Positions 7,919 to 17,271 of a DNA stretch of 32,000 nt are shown piece by piece. The stretch spans positions 1,920,001 to 1,952,000 of the forward strand of contig OY780959.1 of NCBI GenBank assembly GCA_963675915.1. The letters run 5' to 3'. The notes below the pieces were generated by a model. The model was not told the origin of the DNA, ran no database searches, and saw only the letters and a program-made list of their open reading frames with translations. Each line of letters opens with the position of its first letter. The first letter of the stretch is position 1. Made by a program: the position numbers and the translations under genes. Source of the stretch: Coprobacillaceae bacterium. Lineage in GTDB: Bacteria; Bacillota_I; Bacilli_A; Erysipelotrichales; Coprobacillaceae.

Positions 7919-9409
7919 TTATTTTGCCAGGCTCAAGACAAACTCACGGAATGCCTTGATTCCTTCATCATCCAACTTGAATACTCCGGCATCTTCAAGA
8001 ACGTTCACAAATTTTTTCGTCAACGCTTCTTCCATGATTCCATCGATTTTTTCATTTGTAATTTCATGATTTTTTTTGATTTCCTGATACCATTCCTGAT
8101 GTTTTTCCAGAACCTCAATATCTTCAATTTCCTTGATTCCCAACAGACAGTCTTTCAATAAGGAAATTTCATCTTTTAGCCTAGCTGGCAATACCGCCAT
8201 ACCCATAACCTCAATCAGACCGATATTTTCTTTCTTTACCGCATGCAGATTGCGATGAGGGTGGAAAATCCCTTCAGGATATTCATCAGTCGCTCTATTA
8301 TTTCGAAGGACCAAGTCAATTTGATAGTTATCACCTTTCTTGCGGGAAATCGGGGTAATAGTATTGTGCGGTGTTTCTCCTGTGAAAGCCAGGATATCAA
8401 GCTTTTCATTTTGATATTGACGCCAATCATTAAGGGTTTTTTCAGCAAAATCAATGGCTTCCTGCTTACTTGGGGTTGTAATTCTGATGGTCGACAGCGG
8501 CCAGTTCATCAACTCAATAGTTGAATTAGGGTACTGATCGAACTCGAAAATTTCGATAACCGATGCATCTTCTATTGGGAAATGATATTTACCTCCCTGA
8601 AAATGATCATGGCTGAGAATTGAACCACCGACTATTGGCAAGTCCGCATTAGAACCGACCATATAGTGAGGAAATACATCCAGAAAATCTACCAGACTGA
8701 TAAAGGTGTCACGGCCGATGACCATCGGCTTATGCTTCTTATTGAAGACAATGCAGTGTTCATCATAATATACATATGGCGAATATTGCAGGTAGTATTC
8801 CTGTTGATTCAATTCAAGAGGAATGATTCGGTGATTTTGTCGGGCCGGACGATTTAAATCTCCTCTAAAACCGACATTCTCCTTGCATAAAAGACATTTA
8901 GGATAGCCGCTTGATTTTTGCATTTTGGCCTTGGCAATCTCTTTGGGATCTTTTTCTGGTTTCGACAAATTGATGGTTATTTCAATTTCACCATATTTGT
9001 AATTTCGCTTGAATCTAATATTCTTGTCCGTACGATTCTTGCGGATATAATTCGATGCAATCGATAACTTGTAAAAATAGTCAGTTGCCACTTCCGGACT
9101 AACTTCATATTTTTCATTAAAATTGCGAATTACTTCTTGGGGACGGGGCATCAGGCAATTCATGATTCTGGTATCGAACAAATCACGTTGAGTAATATTA
9201 TTTTCAATGATTTTGTTTTCAACCGCATAATCAAGCATCGCTTCAATTATTTCGGTACTGCTTTGGAATGGGGCAGTTGGAGTTTGAAACTCAAAACTGT
9301 TCAGGTCAAACAGATCAAGTAAAAGATTTACCGAATAGTCAATATCATTTTGACTGATCAATTCATTGTTCAAACCGTAGTTAATTAGTTTGTTTATTAG
9401 TGAATTCAT
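7919..9409 (-). CDS. galT: UDP-glucose--hexose-1-phosphate uridylyltransferase (galactose-1-phosphate uridylyltransferase, long type 2)
   Basis: 496 aa, the length class of Gram-positive type-2 GalT. Conserved stretches are present, such as CLLCKENVGF.G and GGSILSHDHFQGG. An AAAGGAG RBS lies upstream, and the gene is in gal-gene context. Confidence 0.85.
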   Translation of the reverse strand: MNSLINKLINYGLNNELISQNDIDYSVNLLLDLFDLNSFEFQTPTAPFQSSTEIIEAMLDYAVENKIIENNITQRDLFDTRIMNCLMPRPQEVIRNFNEKYEVSPEVATDYFYKLSIASNYIRKNRTDKNIRFKRNYKYGEIEITINLSKPEKDPKEIAKAKMQKSSGYPKCLLCKENVGFRGDLNRPARQNHRIIPLELNQQEYYLQYSPYVYYDEHCIVFNKKHKPMVIGRDTFISLVDFLDVFPHYMVGSNADLPIVGGSILSHDHFQGGKYHFPIEDASVIEIFEFDQYPNSTIELMNWPLSTIRITTPSKQEAIDFAEKTLNDWRQYQNEKLDILAFTGETPHNTITPISRKKGDNYQIDLVLRNNRATDEYPEGIFHPHRNLHAVKKENIGLIEVMGMAVLPARLKDEISLLKDCLLGIKEIEDIEVLEKHQEWYQEIKKNHEITNEKIDGIMEEALTKKFVNVLEDAGVFKLDDEGIKAFREFVLSLAK

Positions 9410-9437
9410 TGTATTTTTCTCCTTTAACTATACCTAC

Positions 9438-9466
9438 ATTCTAAGCATCAATGTAAGCATTGTCAA
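9438..9466 (-). promoter_or_regulatory. Sigma-A promoter for galT-galK
   Basis: On the minus strand: TTGACA (9461-9466), a 17-nt spacer, then TAGAAT (9438-9443), about 28 nt upstream of the galT ATG. Confidence 0.6.
9452..9465. promoter_or_regulatory. cre-like / LacI-family operator-like palindrome overlapping the galT -35
   Basis: TGTAAGCATTGTCA compared with the cre consensus TGWAANCGNTNWCA shows a single mismatch, at the central CG. Confidence 0.4.
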
Positions 9467-9470
9467 TAAA

Positions 9471-9525
9471 TTTTACTAAAATATACGATTTATTTTAGTA
9501 AAACATTGACTAAGTTTTACTAAAA
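9471..9525. promoter_or_regulatory. Three copies of the 11-bp palindrome TTTTA(C/G)TAAAA at exact 22-bp spacing (candidate operator array)
   Basis: TTTTACTAAAA at 9471-9481, TTTTAGTAAAA at 9493-9503, and TTTTACTAAAA at 9515-9525. Copies 1 and 2 together form a 33-bp near-perfect inverted repeat. Copy 3 lies inside the galE promoter spacer. Confidence 0.55.
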
Positions 9526-9534
9526 GCATATAAT
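9506..9534 (+). promoter_or_regulatory. Sigma-A promoter for galE-(lacI-type regulator)
   Basis: TTGACT (9506-9511), a 17-nt spacer, then TATAAT (9529-9534), 25 nt upstream of the galE ATG. Confidence 0.7.
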
Positions 9535-9559
9535 GATGGTGAAGAAAGGAGGACACAAC

Positions 9560-11538
<1,979 letters not shown>

Positions 11539-11670
11539 TATATTAAATTTATGATCATTTCAACATTTTGTCATCTATTCAGATTGGTAGTGATGGATAC
11601 TGCCCTAGATAATTGTATCCGCCATTATCAACAGTTTTATTAATCATTTATTCATAATTTTAATCCGTTT

Positions 11671-11698
11671 GGCTGTGGACTATTTCACAGCCTTTTTT
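11671..11698 (+). terminator. Intrinsic terminator of the galE-regulator operon
   Basis: GGCTGTG-gactatttc-CACAGCC followed by T6. Confidence 0.7.
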
Positions 11699-11718
11699 AT
11701 AACCATTTTTCAGGACAC

Positions 11719-11746
11719 AAAAAAACTCGATACGAATGTACCGAGT
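11719..11746 (-). terminator. Intrinsic terminator of rplM-rpsI
   Basis: On the minus strand: CTCGGTAC-attc-GTATCGAG followed by T7, about 15 nt after the rpsI stop. Confidence 0.7.
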
Positions 11747-11761
11747 AAAACAAAAGTATGA

Positions 11762-12154
11762 TTAACGTTTTGAGAATTGTGGTGCACGTCTTGCTTTTTT
11801 AAGACCGTATTTTTTACGTTCTTTGATACGTGAATCACGAGTTAATAAACCAGCTGATTTTAATGTTGGACGGTAATCTGATCCAGCTTCTAATAAAGCT
11901 CTAGATACACCATGACGGATAGCACCAGCTTGTCCTGAGTATCCTCCACCATTAACATTTACAGAAACATCGAATTGACCAACTGTGTTAGTTAATTCTA
12001 ATGGTTGATTAACAATCATTAATAATACATCTGATGGTAAGTAGTCTTTTGCAACTTTACCATTAATTACGAAATTACCAGTACCAGGTGTTAAGATAAC
12101 ACGAGCCACTGAAGATTTTCTTCTACCAGTTCCTCTATATTGTACGTTTGCCAT
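11762..12154 (-). CDS. rpsI: 30S ribosomal protein S9
   Basis: 130 aa with the universal C-terminus ...[18 protein letters not shown]. It lies downstream of rplM. Confidence 0.97.
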   Translation of the reverse strand: MANVQYRGTGRRKSSVARVILTPGTGNFVINGKVAKDYLPSDVLLMIVNQPLELTNTVGQFDVSVNVNGGGYSGQAGAIRHGVSRALLEAGSDYRPTLKSAGLLTRDSRIKERKKYGLKKARRAPQFSKR

Positions 12155-12166
12155 TATCTTTCCTCC

Positions 12167-12604
12167 CTAACCTTTGAATTCCATAACTTCAGGTTTTTGA
12201 GCAGCATGTGGATGCTCGCTTCCTGTGTAAACGAATAATTTCATTCCTTGTTTTCTACCTAAAGTATTATGAGGTAACATACCTTTTACAGCAGCTTCAA
12301 CAAATCCTGTAGGATTTTGATCTTTGAATTGGCGAGCAGTTTTAACTTTTAAACCACCTAACCATCCAGAGTGACGATAGTATTTAACGCTATCAAGTTT
12401 TTTTCCAGTCATTTCGACTTTGTCTGCGTTTAATACGATTACGTAATCTCCGCAGTCTACGTGTGGAGTGTAAGTCGGTTTATGTTTCCCTCTTAACACT
12501 GTAGCCACTTCTGATGCTAAACGTCCTAAAGTTAATCCGGCAGCATCAATAACATACCATTTTCTTTCAATAGTAGCAGCATTTGCCATTGTTGTTTGTC
12601 TCAT
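12167..12604 (-). CDS. rplM: 50S ribosomal protein L13
   Basis: 145 aa, [21 protein letters not shown]..., the canonical L13 N-terminus. A CAGGAG RBS lies upstream. Confidence 0.97.
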   Translation of the reverse strand: MRQTTMANAATIERKWYVIDAAGLTLGRLASEVATVLRGKHKPTYTPHVDCGDYVIVLNADKVEMTGKKLDSVKYYRHSGWLGGLKVKTARQFKDQNPTGFVEAAVKGMLPHNTLGRKQGMKLFVYTGSEHPHAAQKPEVMEFKG

Positions 12605-12658
12605 TTTATTTTCTCCTGTATCCTTACCGGGGACTTAGAGTTCATAATGAACAATACT

Positions 12659-12687
12659 ATTATAGAGAAACTTATTGCTAAAGTCAA
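12659..12687 (-). promoter_or_regulatory. Sigma-A promoter for rplM-rpsI
   Basis: On the minus strand: TTGACT (12682-12687), a 17-nt spacer, then TATAAT (12659-12664). This leaves a leader of about 50 nt containing a GTTCA-tta-TGAAC hairpin. Confidence 0.65.
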
Positions 12688-12757
12688 CTATAAAAGTATT
12701 AATTTTTTATGGATTTAAGGATGTTTTTTCACCTGCTGAAACATCACCTGTCAATAA

Positions 12758-13642
12758 TTATTTATTGAAAAAATCCACAATATCCTGATAAACACTTTGT
12801 TTGATGTTCTCGTTCAATATTTCATGACGACAATCACCGTAAAGTTTACTGGTAACTTTATATCCCATATTTTCCAGGAAATCCAATTGATCATTGAAAT
12901 CCTTGATCCCATTTATCACCGGATCCTTGCTTCCGGCAATAAATAATATTTTTAAATCGATTTTTTTTCGCTTATACTTTTTGGCATTATTGGCATTAAT
13001 CATAAGTTTCGCCAGATTCAAGTAACCGTTATTGGTAAACTCGAAGCCACAAAATTGATCATTGTCGTAATCGGCAACATTCTGGGTATTTTTGGAAAGC
13101 CAGGCATTAGATTCTTTTCTGGTGAACGCCTTAAAATATTTACCCATGAACATCTCGCGTAAAACCCGCGCATGACCACGATAATCAAGCCGGGCAATTC
13201 CACGCGCCGCTGCCAAATTAGCCTTTATCAACTGGCTATATGATGGCGAACCAGCCAAAATCACCTTCTTCAATTTAAAATCATTTTCCTGAAGATAGAC
13301 TTTCGCAATGGTTGCCCCCATTCCCTGAGCGAAGATATAGACCGGTTTTTCCGGATATTTCATCTGCAGATAATCGACCATCACATCAACATCATAAACA
13401 ATTTGTTTTCCTGATGTATCGTTGAAATACCCCAACGAATCAATGGTAAGGTTTTTGCCGTGACCGCGGTGATTATAGATACAAGCCACAAAACCATTTT
13501 TTGCAAGATAATCCAAAAATCCATAGTAGCGTTCCTGATGTTCCATCATGTCATGAAGACACAAAACAATTCCTTTGATATGCTCCGGTTCGACAATATG
13601 TGGATTCAAATCAAATTTCTTATCACGCGATAAAAACTCCAT
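12758..13642 (-). CDS. Alpha/beta-hydrolase fold protein (lysophospholipase / monoacylglycerol-lipase-like) with a degenerate nucleophile elbow
   Basis: 294 aa. Family landmarks are present: HDMMEHQERY, NHRGHGKN, GSKDPV (acid) and GDCRHEILNE (His). The expected GHSMG elbow instead reads AQGMG (complement of 13316-13330). Confidence 0.7.
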   Translation of the reverse strand: MEFLSRDKKFDLNPHIVEPEHIKGIVLCLHDMMEHQERYYGFLDYLAKNGFVACIYNHRGHGKNLTIDSLGYFNDTSGKQIVYDVDVMVDYLQMKYPEKPVYIFAQGMGATIAKVYLQENDFKLKKVILAGSPSYSQLIKANLAAARGIARLDYRGHARVLREMFMGKYFKAFTRKESNAWLSKNTQNVADYDNDQFCGFEFTNNGYLNLAKLMINANNAKKYKRKKIDLKILFIAGSKDPVINGIKDFNDQLDFLENMGYKVTSKLYGDCRHEILNENIKQSVYQDIVDFFNK

Positions 13643-13654
13643 ATTGCTCTCCTC

Positions 13655-13882
13655 CTATATATTCAAGCAACGTTCGATCCCGCCTGAGCGCATATATTGT
13701 TTGGTCATATCCACAATATTACCGTCTGCGAAATCTCCTCCATAAATGTTGAGCGTTGTCAGAATGTCTTTAGTCAACATTTCCAGTTGCTCATCGTTCA
13801 ATTCTCTTTTGCAAGTATTCTTTACAATTTCTTTGGCGTGGGCCAAATATTTTTCCAATTCAATTTCAACCATATGATCCAT
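13655..13882 (-). CDS. Hypothetical small acidic protein (75 aa)
   Basis: A GAGGTAG RBS precedes the start. The gene is tightly packed between tcdA (4-nt gap) and the hydrolase (12-nt gap) on the same strand. I recognise no motif in it. Confidence 0.5.
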   Translation of the reverse strand: MDHMVEIELEKYLAHAKEIVKNTCKRELNDEQLEMLTKDILTTLNIYGGDFADGNIVDMTKQYMRSGGIERCLNI

Positions 13883-13886
13883 GATT

Positions 13887-14564
13887 CTACCTCACTAACA
13901 TTTTAACGACGTATCCGCCGATATATATTCCCGCCACACTCGGTACAAATGGGACCGAACCCGGCGTTCTTTGATTCAATTTTATCGGTTCTTCTTTTGA
14001 ATAAAGAACATCCAACTTATTCACATTCCGCTTTCGCAGCTCCCGTCTCATTACCCGGGCCAGCGGGCAAACCTTGGTTTTGTAGATATCCGCAATTTCA
14101 AGTAATGACGGATCAAGTTTGTTCCCGGTTCCCATGCTGGAAATTACTGGAATCGAGCTATTGTAGCAATATTCGATGATTCCCAATTTTCCGGTTATCG
14201 TATCGATTGCATCAATAACGTAATCACAATCCGCAAACATGTACTCTTTATCCTGAGCAGGAAGATAAAATTCCTGATAAGTTGTTATGTTAATCTCAGG
14301 ATTGATGTCAAGGCATCGTTGCTTGAAAAGCTCGCACTTGGCTTTTCCTACCGTTGAATTCAGAGCAATCAACTGGCGGTTGATATTGGTTTTATCCACG
14401 ACATCATTGTCGATCAATACCAGGCTGCCGACCCCGCTTCTGGCCAGAATTTCGGTAACGAAACCGCCGACCCCACCAAGTCCGATGACCGCTACTTTCT
14501 TGTTCTTCAATTTTTCTATTGCTTCATCACCCAGCAAGAGTGCTGTTCTAGTTGTAAAATCCAT
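13887..14564 (-). CDS. tcdA: tRNA threonylcarbamoyladenosine dehydratase (ThiF/MoeB-family, TcdA/CsdL-like)
   Basis: 225 aa. It has the N-terminal Rossmann motif VAVIGLGGVGGFVTEILARSGVGSLVLIDNDVVDKTNINRQ, typical of the TcdA subgroup. A GGAGGG RBS lies upstream. Confidence 0.7.
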   Translation of the reverse strand: MDFTTRTALLLGDEAIEKLKNKKVAVIGLGGVGGFVTEILARSGVGSLVLIDNDVVDKTNINRQLIALNSTVGKAKCELFKQRCLDINPEINITTYQEFYLPAQDKEYMFADCDYVIDAIDTITGKLGIIEYCYNSSIPVISSMGTGNKLDPSLLEIADIYKTKVCPLARVMRRELRKRNVNKLDVLYSKEEPIKLNQRTPGSVPFVPSVAGIYIGGYVVKMLVR

Positions 14565-14629
14565 CGAATCCCTCCACCTAACATTATACTACATCCGATA
14601 TTTTTATTAAACCAAAATAATAATAATCC

Positions 14630-14663
14630 CGGAAAACAAAACACCACCGGCAAAAGCCGATGG
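14630..14663 (-). terminator. Intrinsic terminator of thrC-thrB
   Basis: On the minus strand: CCATCGGC-tttt-GCCGGTGG followed by TGTTTTGTTTT, starting about 12 nt after the thrB stop. Confidence 0.7.
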
Positions 14664-14675
14664 CATCTAAATATT

Positions 14676-15569
14676 CTATTCGAAATCCAATGTATAACCA
14701 CGATTGTCCAATTCAAGTTTGACTACTTGCCAATCTTCAAGCAACTCGCCCAACTCTTCTTTGATTCGAACAACCCCCAATGTATCCGATTCTGAGATCA
14801 GGACCATCAAAGTAGGTCCAGCTCCCGAAAGATAACAACCTAAAACCTGTTCATCATCGCCAAGAATATCCATGATTTCTTCGTATCCTTTGATCAGTTT
14901 CCCCCGATATGGTTGGTGCAAAGCATCCTTGAAACCAAGTTTCAAACCAGAGTCATCTCCGTTAAGCAGCGAAGCAACCAATAAGGCCAAATGTGAAACA
15001 TTGGCAATGGCATCTTCACGCGGAAGCGACTTAGGCAGTACTTTGCGCGACTCTTCAGTCGAAAGGGTAAATGGTGGAATCAAAGCCACAAAACGATAAT
15101 CGTTTTTGATTGGCAGATTAAGCGTCTTAACCTTGCCGTTATCCATCACCGACACCGTCATTCCTCCGAAAATCGCAGGAGCGACATTGTCCGGATGACC
15201 TTCGATTTCAGTAGCCAGTTCCAAAACATCCTGACGGTCAGGGTTCTGCTCTTTAAAGGCGAATGCTGCAACAATACCGGCAACAATACAAGTTGATGAC
15301 GAACCCAACCCTCGGGTATAAGGTACATCACCGCTGAAATCAATTTTCAAACCATCAAAATCCAAACCACATTTTTCCGCGGCTTGCTTGAAAGCCTGAT
15401 ATGTCATGTTTTCTTCGTTCGCAAACTGTGGCGGAGTTCCGGTGATTTCCAATCCCTCTTCTTGCAGTTCGAAAACGAATGAATTATATAAAGTTAAGGC
15501 CAATCCTGCAACATCGAACCCCGGACCAAGGTTAGCCGATGTCGCTGGCACTTTCACACGTACTTGCAT
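14676..15569 (-). CDS. thrB: Homoserine kinase
   Basis: 297 aa. The N-terminus VKVPATSANLGPGFDVAGLAL and the GHMP motif GLGSSS are present. The start lies 1 nt after the thrC stop. Confidence 0.9.
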   Translation of the reverse strand: MQVRVKVPATSANLGPGFDVAGLALTLYNSFVFELQEEGLEITGTPPQFANEENMTYQAFKQAAEKCGLDFDGLKIDFSGDVPYTRGLGSSSTCIVAGIVAAFAFKEQNPDRQDVLELATEIEGHPDNVAPAIFGGMTVSVMDNGKVKTLNLPIKNDYRFVALIPPFTLSTEESRKVLPKSLPREDAIANVSHLALLVASLLNGDDSGLKLGFKDALHQPYRGKLIKGYEEIMDILGDDEQVLGCYLSGAGPTLMVLISESDTLGVVRIKEELGELLEDWQVVKLELDNRGYTLDFE

Positions 15570-15570
15570 A

Positions 15571-17049
15571 TTATTTTGTTAATCTATCTTCGATAGTAGC
15601 GATAATATCTTCTTTTTTGATTTCATTGGTATGTAAGACCGGACGATCTTTGATACCTTGAAGAGCTTCAGGTACCGGAACTTTGGTAAACTCTTCCAAT
15701 TTTGTTATCGCTTCATATACGTCTAAATCTTCACCAGTCAAAGCATAATATACTGATTCAGGGAATTTGTATGGTGATGCTGTTGACATCAATACTGTCT
15801 TGGTAGTATCTCCAGTCTTCTCTTGATATTCTTTCAAGACACCGTATCCAATTGCAGTATGCGTATCTAATAAATATCCAGTTTCTTCATAACAAGCTTT
15901 GATTGTTTTTAGAATATCTTCTTCACCCAAACATCCAGCTTTGAATTCAGCTTTGATTTTAGCGAAAGTTGCATCATCAACTTTGTAAATACCGCTGTTT
16001 TTCAACTCTTCCATATATTGAGATACTTTAGATTTGTCATCAGACATGAAGTAAACCAATCTTTCCAAGTTACTAGATACCAGGATATCCATCGCTGGTG
16101 CATTTGTTTTGTAGAAATCACGGTTAGCATCATATTCTCCAGTATTGAAGAAATCAGTCAGGATATTGTTTTTGTTGCTTCCGGCAATAAACTGATTTAC
16201 TGGAAGTCCCATATTTTTAGCGAACCAACCTGCCAGACAGTTTCCGAAGTTTCCTGAAGGAACACAGAAGTTGATTTTATCTCCAAGTTTGATTTCACCT
16301 TTGTTTACCAATGCCAGGTAACTATGGAAGTAATAAACAACCTGAGGGATCAAACGTCCTACATTGATTGAGTTTGCCGACGAAAGGAAAACATCGTTCG
16401 CAGCTGAAATCTCTTTTAATTTTTCAGAGCTGAATGCTTGTTTTACAGCTGTTTGTGCATCATCGAAGTTTCCAGTGATTCCGATAACTTCAACATTGGA
16501 ACCTTCTTGAGATACCATTTGTTGTTTTTGGATATTACTAACTCCATCAGATGGATAGAATACCATGATTTTAGTACCAGCAACATCTTTGAAGCCTTCC
16601 AAAGCTGCTTTTCCAGTATCTCCACTGGTAGCCGCTAAAATCATTACTTCTCTGGTTTCATTCAATTGTTTCAATGACAATGTCATCAAATGAGGCAGTA
16701 AAGATAACGCCATATCTTTGAACGCCGCTGTTGGACCCTGGAACAATTCGCCAATATAATCATTTCCCACTTTCACAACAGGTACTACTTCAGTTGGAAA
16801 CAGTCCGTCCCCATAAGCTTTTTGACATGCATCCTTAATTAATTCATGTCCATCTTCGTCGACAAAAGTTGAAATCACTTTTGTTGCCAATTCGACGTAA
16901 TTCAATTTTAACAGACTTTCCAAGTCTAATTTCTCAAAGTCAAAATCTGGGACCAATAACCCACCATCATCGCCAATACCTTGAACGATAGACTCGTAAA
17001 AATTTAATGGTTTTTGCCCTTGACGGGTGCTTATATATTGTTTTTTCAT
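15571..17049 (-). CDS. thrC: Threonine synthase (long, about 490-aa type)
   Basis: The track lists 15571-17115. The start is moved to the ATG at 17049 (MKKQYISTRQG...) with GGAGG 8 nt upstream. The PLP-lysine context GPTAAFKDMAL and the SGDTG loop are present. Confidence 0.9.
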   Translation of the reverse strand: MKKQYISTRQGQKPLNFYESIVQGIGDDGGLLVPDFDFEKLDLESLLKLNYVELATKVISTFVDEDGHELIKDACQKAYGDGLFPTEVVPVVKVGNDYIGELFQGPTAAFKDMALSLLPHLMTLSLKQLNETREVMILAATSGDTGKAALEGFKDVAGTKIMVFYPSDGVSNIQKQQMVSQEGSNVEVIGITGNFDDAQTAVKQAFSSEKLKEISAANDVFLSSANSINVGRLIPQVVYYFHSYLALVNKGEIKLGDKINFCVPSGNFGNCLAGWFAKNMGLPVNQFIAGSNKNNILTDFFNTGEYDANRDFYKTNAPAMDILVSSNLERLVYFMSDDKSKVSQYMEELKNSGIYKVDDATFAKIKAEFKAGCLGEEDILKTIKACYEETGYLLDTHTAIGYGVLKEYQEKTGDTTKTVLMSTASPYKFPESVYYALTGEDLDVYEAITKLEEFTKVPVPEALQGIKDRPVLHTNEIKKEDIIATIEDRLTK

Positions 17050-17073
17050 AAAAACATCCTCCAAATTACATTC

Positions 17074-17102
17074 ATTGTATGTGATAATTAACTGCTTGTC
17101 AA
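17074..17102 (-). promoter_or_regulatory. Sigma-A promoter for thrC-thrB
   Basis: On the minus strand: TTGACA (17097-17102), a 17-nt spacer, then TACAAT (17074-17079). Confidence 0.6.
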
Positions 17103-17105
17103 TAA

Positions 17106-17116
17106 TTGTATACAAC
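17106..17116. promoter_or_regulatory. Palindromic box TTGTATACAA(C), copy 1, abutting the thrC -35
   Basis: A perfect 10-bp palindrome lies 3 nt upstream of the thrC -35. The exact 11-mer recurs at 17220-17230 and 30488-30498. Confidence 0.55.
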
Positions 17117-17211
17117 GTTTGGATATTTTTACAAAATATTTCTATTTTTTCAAAACAAAAATATATAAAATCGCCCTGTAAAGGTAATTTTTTACAAATA
17201 TCAAGTGCTCA

Positions 17212-17241
17212 ATTGACTTTTGTATACAACAATGATAATAT
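17212..17241 (+). promoter_or_regulatory. Sigma-A promoter for hom-asd
   Basis: TTGACT (17212-17217), an 18-nt spacer, then TGa-TAATAT (extended -10, hexamer at 17236-17241). Confidence 0.6.
17220..17230. promoter_or_regulatory. Palindromic box TTGTATACAA(C), copy 2, inside the hom promoter spacer
   Basis: This is an exact repeat of the 11-mer at 17106-17116. It lies between the -35 and -10 of the hom promoter. Confidence 0.55.
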
Positions 17242-17271
17242 AAAAAAAATCTAAAAGTAATGGAGGTTCTT

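Noticed and set aside
9471-9525. Regularly spaced repeats (22-bp period here, 105-bp period at the tRNAs) considered as possible CRISPR arrays.
   Set aside because: Neither candidate fits a CRISPR array. At 9471-9525 the repeats are only 11 bp long, there are just three copies, and they sit inside a promoter region. At the tRNA locus the repeat is a duplicated gene. No cas genes are present in the window.
11539-11670. Short ORFs (16-19 aa) and a GGATAC...GTATCC inverted repeat in the spacer after the LacI-type gene.
   Set aside because: The ORFs have no RBS, the stem is only 6 bp, and nothing distinguishes them from random AT-rich spacer.
12700-12757. A hairpin, GATGTTT-cagcaggtgaa-AAACATC, downstream of the hydrolase gene, considered as its terminator.
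   Set aside because: No T-run follows the stem, so it is not convincing as an intrinsic terminator. Read-through toward the rplM promoter region cannot be excluded.
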